This document shows positions 25,559 through 32,000 of a DNA stretch of 32,000 bases, in pieces (the stretch's first letter is position 1; every line of letters begins with the position of its first letter). Both the position numbers and the translations under genes were made by a program. Source of the DNA: Candidatus Babelota bacterium (GTDB lineage: Bacteria; Babelota; Babeliae; Babelales; Vermiphilaceae); the NCBI GenBank assembly GCA_039809905.1, contig JBDHVY010000001.1:1080001-1112000 (forward strand), in the 5' to 3' direction. The notes under the pieces are model-generated. The model ran no database searches, was not told the origin of the DNA, and saw only the letters and a list, made by a program, of their open reading frames with translations.

Positions 25559-25678
25559 GAAACACTTAATAGATCTTTTAATTAAAAAGATTGTCTTTAT
25601 ATTGCCTTTTATGTTTTTTTATAACATATCTTGTTCTTGTTGTAAAAATAATTCGATTTGATATAGAAGGATGTATGT

Positions 25679-26650
25679 ATGAATAAAAATATGTTTGTAA
25701 TGTTAAGTTTTTCTATGCTTTTATCCTATGCAGCTGAGAATAAAAAATCTTGTAGTATTTTTTCTCATCCAAACAATAAAAAGCAAGAAGATAGAGCTAT
25801 GTATAAGAAGTTTGAAAAAGGCTCTTTTCTTGGAGTATATGATGGACATGATGGTTTTGTCGTGGCTGAATTATTACATAAAGATCTACCTCAATATTTT
25901 GAAGAATCATTAAAGTCTTGTCAATGCACGGTCGAAAAGGCAATGCTTAATGCGTTTCAACAAGTCGAAAATGATGTTTTATTGCGCAAATGTAATGGTG
26001 GGTCAACAGCAATCGCTGCATATATTACATTAGATAGATTATGTCTGGCAAGTGTTGGTGATTGTCGCGCTATATTGGAGTGTGATGGTTGTGTAGGATT
26101 GGCTACGCAGGACCATAATGTTGATCGTGCAGATGAATTAAAACGTTTATTAGCTACAAAAGCTACTATCTTTAGACATGTATCTATTCGGAATGATACC
26201 AAAGAGGTTCTAAAAAAGTATGACTGGAGAGTTAATGGTGTTAATATGACTCGTCTAATTGGGAATCGAAAATTAAAAGGTTCTCTGAAGAGTGGTTTTC
26301 TAATGTCTCAAGTAATGTTGCAAAATAATTGCACGGCTGTTATTGAGTTATATCCTGGTGATCAAAGAGTAGATGAATTGGAAATAATGCCTGAAAAAGG
26401 CCAACTTATTGCAGATCCTGAATATACCGAAATAACCTTAACAGAAAAAAATCGTTGGCTTATTCTTGCTACCGATGGTTTTACTGATGTTATTTCAAAT
26501 GAAGAAGCTGTGAAATTGGTAGTGGATTATAGTCAGAATATTCAATCATTAGATCAGATAACGCAATTATTAGTAGAACAAGCAATTAAAAAAGGTAGCA
26601 AGGATAATATTACGGTTGTGCTATTTGATTTGTGGAACCGGCATCAATAA
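25679..26650 (+). CDS. Exported PP2C-family (PPM) Ser/Thr protein phosphatase
   Basis: Signal MNKNMFVMLSFSMLLSYAAE; GVYDGHDG, GGSTAIAAYI, ASVGDCRAIL, ATDGFTDVISNEEA, GSKDNITVVLFD. Confidence 0.92.
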   Translation: MNKNMFVMLSFSMLLSYAAENKKSCSIFSHPNNKKQEDRAMYKKFEKGSFLGVYDGHDGFVVAELLHKDLPQYFEESLKSCQCTVEKAMLNAFQQVENDVLLRKCNGGSTAIAAYITLDRLCLASVGDCRAILECDGCVGLATQDHNVDRADELKRLLATKATIFRHVSIRNDTKEVLKKYDWRVNGVNMTRLIGNRKLKGSLKSGFLMSQVMLQNNCTAVIELYPGDQRVDELEIMPEKGQLIADPEYTEITLTEKNRWLILATDGFTDVISNEEAVKLVVDYSQNIQSLDQITQLLVEQAIKKGSKDNITVVLFDLWNRHQ

Positions 26651-26664
26651 TAAAGGAAAATATA

Positions 26665-27432
26665 ATGAATGCTCAAAGAAAAACAATTCTTTTTGCTGTA
26701 TTGCTATTTATTTTGCTTTATATCATTCTCACACTGATTAATAAATACAATTCCACCATCATACCATCTCTTACACAAGCTGACAGAGTTAGTTCAATTG
26801 GTTTATACGCTGACATCACTGAGACCATGACGCATAAAAAATATAAACCAAAAGAATTTACTATTGTGATGGGGCCAAAAAAATTCAGTGATAAACAAAT
26901 AAAAGATCATCTGCAATTATATGAAGGATATGTCAATAAACATAATGAAATTGATGAAGCATTAGAAACAGTTGATAAATCAAAAGCTAATCAGACTTAT
27001 TCGACATTTCGTGCATTAAAACTTTCTGAAACATTTGCGCGTAATGGATCTTTGCTTCATGAATTATATTTTGAAAATATAGGCACAGGGACAACAATGG
27101 GTCAGAAGACTCAAGAAATTTTGATTAAAAATTTTGGCTCTATTGAAAATTTTAAACAAGATCTTGTAGCAACTGCAACTGCTGCACGCGGATGGGCTTT
27201 AACATGTTATAATCTTGATAATCAGAGAGTTCAGAATTATTTACTTGATGCGCACAATGAAAAAGTTCCTGTTTTTGTTATTCCATTATTAGTTATTGAT
27301 ACATATGAACATGCATATATGATTGATTTTGGTATTAATCGTAAAGAATATTTGGCTATTTTATGGGATAATATCGATTGGAATGTCATTGAAAAACGTC
27401 TTATAAAATGGACTTCCTATTGCCAGCAATAG
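26665..27432 (+). CDS. Membrane-anchored Fe/Mn superoxide dismutase family protein
   Basis: N-terminal TM TILFAVLLFILLYIILTLI; LYEGYVNKHNEI, LHELYFENIG, VIDTYEHAYMIDFGINRKEYLAILWDNIDWNVI. The track ORF starts at 26632 inside the PP2C gene; ATG at 26665 is preceded by an AAAGGA-type RBS. Confidence 0.87.
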   Translation: MNAQRKTILFAVLLFILLYIILTLINKYNSTIIPSLTQADRVSSIGLYADITETMTHKKYKPKEFTIVMGPKKFSDKQIKDHLQLYEGYVNKHNEIDEALETVDKSKANQTYSTFRALKLSETFARNGSLLHELYFENIGTGTTMGQKTQEILIKNFGSIENFKQDLVATATAARGWALTCYNLDNQRVQNYLLDAHNEKVPVFVIPLLVIDTYEHAYMIDFGINRKEYLAILWDNIDWNVIEKRLIKWTSYCQQ

Positions 27433-27478
27433 TATAATATCGTATCAATATATAAAAGCTCTTATAAAAGATTTATCC

Positions 27479-28528
27479 ATGAACAAAAAAATATTTTTAC
27501 TTCTATCTACCTTTTTTACAGTGGGTTTTGCATGTGAGCAAAAAACAAATATGATTGGTCTTTGTTCTCATGCCAATGGAAAGACTCAAGAAGATGCTCT
27601 TACTATAAAAAAAATGGAAAATAATATTTTTTGTGGTCTTTATGATGGAAATGGTGGGTCCTATGTTTCTGATTATTTAGCAAACAAATTGCATGTTTTT
27701 TTTGAGTGTTGCCTATCTGAACAACGCACAAAAAAAGATGCATTTTCTTATGCATTTAATCAAGTAGAAGATCATGTTACATCTCAAAAAAATCAAGAGA
27801 ATGCTGGTGCAAGTGCATTGGCAGTTTATCTTGAAGGGAATAAAGCGCATATCGCATGGGCAGGCACAGTATCTCTGGCCTTGGGATGTAATAAAAATAT
27901 TGCATTTCAAACAAAAGATCATACTCTTTCAGAACCTGCCAATTTTCTTATATTAAATGCTTGCGAGGCAAACAGAATTATGCGCGTAAGCACTGCTTTT
28001 CTCAATTCTGGGCATGATATTTTTTTTCGCGAATATATTCCAGAGCAATCAACGGATCAACATCTTGCACCAGTAGGTTATTGGCTTATCAATGGTGTTA
28101 ATAGAACTCGCTTTATAGGTCATCCATGGCAAAAAGGCCTTTATAATTGTCGCAAACGATTTCCGCAGCCACATCGATACACGAGCGAAAAACATGCTGT
28201 ATATATGCAATCATATTCTGGAAAAACGGTTGATTTTGATAATAATAGTTTGAATATTACTCCGCTTAAAGGTCAAATTATTGCGGAACCAGAATATAAA
28301 GAAATAACATTGACTGAAAAAAACCGTTGGTTAGTTATTGCAACAAATACCTTAACAAGTATTATGAGCAACCAAGAGATGATGGAAGTGATACACAATT
28401 ATTATTACGAACAGAACATTCATTGTCTTGATACAATAGCCAATAAGTTAGTTAAAATGGCTATCGAGAGAGGATGCACAAGAAATATTTCTGTTATAGT
28501 AATGGACTTATTAGCAAATCGGGCGTAA
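27479..28528 (+). CDS. Exported PP2C-like protein with degenerate catalytic motifs (putative pseudophosphatase)
   Basis: Aligns to 25679..26650 (NGVNRTRFIG, GQIIAEPEYKEITLTEKNRWLVIAT), but DGHDG is DGNGG, GGSTA is AGASA, VGDCRA is AGTVSL, ATDG is ATNT and SKDN is CTRN. Confidence 0.82.
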   Translation: MNKKIFLLLSTFFTVGFACEQKTNMIGLCSHANGKTQEDALTIKKMENNIFCGLYDGNGGSYVSDYLANKLHVFFECCLSEQRTKKDAFSYAFNQVEDHVTSQKNQENAGASALAVYLEGNKAHIAWAGTVSLALGCNKNIAFQTKDHTLSEPANFLILNACEANRIMRVSTAFLNSGHDIFFREYIPEQSTDQHLAPVGYWLINGVNRTRFIGHPWQKGLYNCRKRFPQPHRYTSEKHAVYMQSYSGKTVDFDNNSLNITPLKGQIIAEPEYKEITLTEKNRWLVIATNTLTSIMSNQEMMEVIHNYYYEQNIHCLDTIANKLVKMAIERGCTRNISVIVMDLLANRA

Positions 28529-28623
28529 GAAGCTTGTCATTTTTAAGCTTTCTTACTATACTAATTGGATATTCTAAGCAATTTTTGATACCGTTTTTTT
28601 GATGCGAGAAAAGGGCTCATTTT

Positions 28624-31263
28624 ATGGAACGTCCGACTTCAACCGTACATAATAAAAATATTCCGATACGACCAATTTTAATTGAAAAAGAATTAAAAGA
28701 TTCTTTTCTTGATTATGCAATGTCTGTTGTTGTTAGTAGGGCACTGCCTGATATTCGTGATGGTTTAAAACCAGTGCATCGTCGTATTTTATACACAATG
28801 CATCAGCTTGGTTTTTTTTATAACAAACCATATCACAAATCAGTACGTGTGGTGGGTGATGTGCTTGGTAAATTTCACCCTCATGGTGACCAAGCAGTGT
28901 ATCAATCCATGGTTGGATTGATACAAGATTTTTCAAAACGTTATCCATTGCTTGATGGGCAAGGTAACTGGGGTTCTGTTGATGGTGATAACGCTGCAGC
29001 TATGCGTTATACTGAAGTTCGCATGGCCCGTATTGCACAAGAAATTTTAGCTGATATTGAAAAAGAAACTGTTTCTTTTGTTCCCAACTTTGATGAGTCT
29101 ACCGTAGAGCCGATAGTGTTACCAAGTAAATTACCTAATTTACTTATCAATGGGGTTGCAGGTATTGCTGTTGGGATGGCCACATCTATTCCACCACATA
29201 ATCTTGGTGAAGTCGTAGATGCATTACTTGCGATGTTGCACAATGAATCTATTACCGATGAAGAACTATTTATGCTTATTCCTGGACCAGACTTTCCAAC
29301 AGGAGGAATTATTTGTGGGCGTTCAGGAATCGTAAAAGCATATAAAACAGGTCGTGGTAATGTTATTTTGCGAGGTGTTGCAGAATTTGAAGAAAAGCAA
29401 AATAAAGGCGCAAGTATTATTATTACGCAATTACCATATCAAGTTAATAAAGCTGATTTAACTATTAAAATTGCTGATCTTGTTAAAAATAAAATTATTG
29501 ATGGTATTTCTAATATCAAAGATGAATCAGATAAAAAAGGTATGCGCTTAGTTATTGATCTTAAGCGTGGTGAAATTCCAAGTGTTGTCTTAAATCAATT
29601 ATATAAACATACCAATTTGCAAACGTCAGTTTCTATTTTGATGTTGGGCCTTCTTGATAATCAACCATTAATTTTTTCATTACGCCAATTATTAAGTGAA
29701 TTTTTATATCATCGTCAGCAGATTATTTATCGTCGTACACAATTTGATTTAAGCAAAGCACAAGAACGTGAGCATATTCTTGCTGGTTTTATTATTGCAT
29801 TAACAAGTATTGATGAAGTTATTGCTCTCATTAAAAAATCACCTTCTGCCAATGATGCAATTATTGAGCTTAATAAACGCTTCTTGCTTTCTGAAAAACA
29901 AGGTAAAGCGATTTTGGAAATGCGTTTACAACGTCTAACAGGACTTGAGCAAGAGAAAATTTATGCTGAAATGGAAGAGATTAAAGTTAAAATAGTATAT
30001 TTTAAATCTATCTTGGAAAATGAAGTAATCTTAAAACAAGAAATTGTTAAAGAGTTAGAAGAAATTAAAAATCAATACAACGATGATCGCAAAACGCGAA
30101 TCGAAGGAGCTATTGATATTCTTACTGAAGCAGATCTTATTCCTGATGAAGAAGCTGTTATTACCTTAACTATGAAGGGATACGTAAAACGTGTTCCGCT
30201 TACCGTATTTGGAGTACAGCGTCGTGGTGGTAAAGGTAAAATGGGATTGACTGCGCTTGAAGGTGATATTGTTCAAGACGTGTTTGTTGCAAAAGCACAT
30301 GACATGTTATTGTTTTTCACTAATTTAGGTCGCGTGTATAGTTTAAATACATTTGAAGTTCCTGAGGCATCACGCGTTGCGCGTGGCAGAGCGATTGTTA
30401 ACTTGTTACCATTGCAAGAAGGTGAATTTGTAGTAAAATTACTGCCTTCTCGTATTATGGAAGGTAAGTTTATGGTAATGGTTACTCGCGAAGGTATTAT
30501 TAAACGTACTGATGCATCTGATTTTTCAAAAATTCGCGCAACGGGTATTCGCGCAATTACCTTGCGTGAAGGTGATGAGCTTGTCTTCTGTTCATTAAGT
30601 AGCGGTGACAATACTATTGTCTTGGCTACAGCTCGAGGACAAGGAATTAGATTTAAAGAAACTGAAGTACGTTCCATGGGTCGTCAGGCAAGTGGTGTTA
30701 TGGGTATTCGCGTGAAAAAAAATGATCGCGTAATTGGTATGGAAGTTATTTCTGATCATGGTGAGATTCTTTTTGCTACTGAAAAAGGTTATGGCAAAAA
30801 GGTAAAGATTGAAGATTTCCGTATTGCACATCGTGGTGGTATGGGAGTAAGAACTATACCAACAACTGGTCGCAATGGTGAAGTTATTGGTTTAGCTATT
30901 GTTCATGAAGATTCTAATATTTTACTCATTGATCAAGCAGGTAAAATAATTCGTCTTGCTGCCAAAGATATACGTGCGATGGGCCGTCAAGCAAAAGGTG
31001 TTCGTTTAATCAGACTTGATTCAGATCAAAAGCTTCATAATATTGTTGCATTCGAGGGCGGCGAAGCCGCGCAAGAAGGTGATGATGAAGGTGATTCCGG
31101 CATTGAAACTCGTACGTTACCTGTTGCTGAAGCTGGTGGGCAAGACGAGGGCGATGAAGATGAATTAGAAGAAGAAACAGAAGATGATGAATCTTCTGAA
31201 GATATAGAACATGACGAAGATGACAGTGATGATATCGATGAAGAAGAAGAGGTTGATTTTTAA
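28624..31263 (+). CDS. gyrA: DNA gyrase subunit A
   Basis: MSVVVSRALPDIRDGLKPVHRRILYTMHQLG, GKFHPHGDQAVYQSMV, AAMRYTEVRM, GyrA box QRRGGKG, long acidic C-terminal tail. Confidence 0.97.
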   Translation: MERPTSTVHNKNIPIRPILIEKELKDSFLDYAMSVVVSRALPDIRDGLKPVHRRILYTMHQLGFFYNKPYHKSVRVVGDVLGKFHPHGDQAVYQSMVGLIQDFSKRYPLLDGQGNWGSVDGDNAAAMRYTEVRMARIAQEILADIEKETVSFVPNFDESTVEPIVLPSKLPNLLINGVAGIAVGMATSIPPHNLGEVVDALLAMLHNESITDEELFMLIPGPDFPTGGIICGRSGIVKAYKTGRGNVILRGVAEFEEKQNKGASIIITQLPYQVNKADLTIKIADLVKNKIIDGISNIKDESDKKGMRLVIDLKRGEIPSVVLNQLYKHTNLQTSVSILMLGLLDNQPLIFSLRQLLSEFLYHRQQIIYRRTQFDLSKAQEREHILAGFIIALTSIDEVIALIKKSPSANDAIIELNKRFLLSEKQGKAILEMRLQRLTGLEQEKIYAEMEEIKVKIVYFKSILENEVILKQEIVKELEEIKNQYNDDRKTRIEGAIDILTEADLIPDEEAVITLTMKGYVKRVPLTVFGVQRRGGKGKMGLTALEGDIVQDVFVAKAHDMLLFFTNLGRVYSLNTFEVPEASRVARGRAIVNLLPLQEGEFVVKLLPSRIMEGKFMVMVTREGIIKRTDASDFSKIRATGIRAITLREGDELVFCSLSSGDNTIVLATARGQGIRFKETEVRSMGRQASGVMGIRVKKNDRVIGMEVISDHGEILFATEKGYGKKVKIEDFRIAHRGGMGVRTIPTTGRNGEVIGLAIVHEDSNILLIDQAGKIIRLAAKDIRAMGRQAKGVRLIRLDSDQKLHNIVAFEGGEAAQEGDDEGDSGIETRTLPVAEAGGQDEGDEDELEEETEDDESSEDIEHDEDDSDDIDEEEEVDF

Positions 31264-31266
31264 TCT

Positions 31267-32000
31267 GTGTTTAATACTCAATTTATTCTCCATCTAACGC
31301 TCATCGAGGGTATAGCTCCGAGTGTTATTCAAAAAATTATACAATCACAAAGATCTGGTGTGCAAACATCAGATCTTTACCATTTATCAGCATTTGATTG
31401 GATGAATTATTTTGGTATTTCAGAAAAATATGCACAAAAGTTAGTAGCAGGTCTTTCTGATATGACAATTCTTGAAAAAGAATTAGAACTGATACATGAA
31501 AATAAGATTCAGATAACTACTATTATCGATCAATCATATCCGGCATTATTAAAAGAAATTCATTTGCCTCCGGCGATTTTATATTACCAGGGAGGTAATT
31601 TTCCCTCAAAATCTTTAGCCGTTGTTGGTGCGCGTAAGGGTAATGAATATGGTCAACGTATTATTGATATGATAATTCCTGATCTTGTTGCTGCTGGTTA
31701 TGCGATTATAAGTGGTGGAGCGCTTGGTATTGATACCATGGCTCATCAAGCAGCATTGCGTTGTGGTGGAAAAACAATAGCAATTTTAGGTTCTGGATTA
31801 TTAAAGCCATACCCACCAACAAACAAAAAATTATTTGCTGCAATTATGGAAAGTGGCGGCATTGTTGCAAGTTCATATCCACTAAATATGGATCCATTGC
31901 CACATAACTTTCCTGCGCGTAATCGTATTGTAACTGGCTTATCGCAAGGTTGTTTGGTTGTGCAAGCGGCAAAAAAAAGTGGTGCTCTTATTTCCGCGCA
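31267..32000 (+). CDS. dprA: DNA processing protein DprA (3' end cut by window edge)
   Basis: Read by hand from GTG 31267: (M)FNTQFILHLTLIEGIAPSVIQK...YPALLKEIHLPPAILYYQG...LAVVGARKGNEYGQRIIDMIIPDLVAAGYAIISGGALGIDTMAHQAAL...PHNFPARNRIVTGLSQGCLVVQAAKKSGALISA. Confidence 0.93.
   Translation, partial: MFNTQFILHLTLIEGIAPSVIQKIIQSQRSGVQTSDLYHLSAFDWMNYFGISEKYAQKLVAGLSDMTILEKELELIHENKIQITTIIDQSYPALLKEIHLPPAILYYQGGNFPSKSLAVVGARKGNEYGQRIIDMIIPDLVAAGYAIISGGALGIDTMAHQAALRCGGKTIAILGSGLLKPYPPTNKKLFAAIMESGGIVASSYPLNMDPLPHNFPARNRIVTGLSQGCLVVQAAKKSGALISA

Noticed and set aside
28733-30831. Antisense ORFs within gyrA (28733, 29007, 30273, 30595)
   Set aside because: Fully inside a confidently identified gyrA; typical spurious antisense frames.
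1-32000. tRNA, rRNA, prophage, restriction-modification or CRISPR-Cas defence systems
   Set aside because: I looked at intergenic regions and proteins and recognised none. Running tRNAscan-SE, Rfam and DefenseFinder would be decisive.

Overview
This AT-rich window is densely coding and looks like the chromosome of a host-associated bacterium. The many signal-peptide-bearing, eukaryotic-like proteins would fit Candidatus Dependentiae/Babeliae (TM6); that assignment is inference from gene content only. Recognisable core genes: tolQ/exbB-like (partial), dipZ-like ccdA/thioredoxin fusion, mnmA, pgsA, ssb, grpE, an AlkD-like gene, lepA, gyrA, dprA (partial). Accessory genes: an exported F-box-like protein divergent from an exported ankyrin+RING-like protein, two tandem GNAT acetyltransferases with signal peptides, and a run of exported PP2C phosphatase, membrane-anchored Fe/Mn SOD and a PP2C paralogue lacking catalytic residues. 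There are also several paralogous secreted proteins of unknown function and a cluster of Gly/His-rich small secreted proteins. Main non-coding finding: a dispersed palindromic repeat family (six copies found by eye, each opening with GGGGTCCCC or a one-base variant, usually preceded by CTTAAT). Two 64-nt copies form an inverted pair around mnmA, and one of them encodes the mnmA C-terminus. One ~33-nt copy lies in frame inside the AlkD-like gene. Two ~34-nt copies sit directly upstream of start codons. One lies between lepA and a synonymously diverged duplicate of the lepA 3' end. No tRNA, rRNA, CRISPR array or transposase was recognised.
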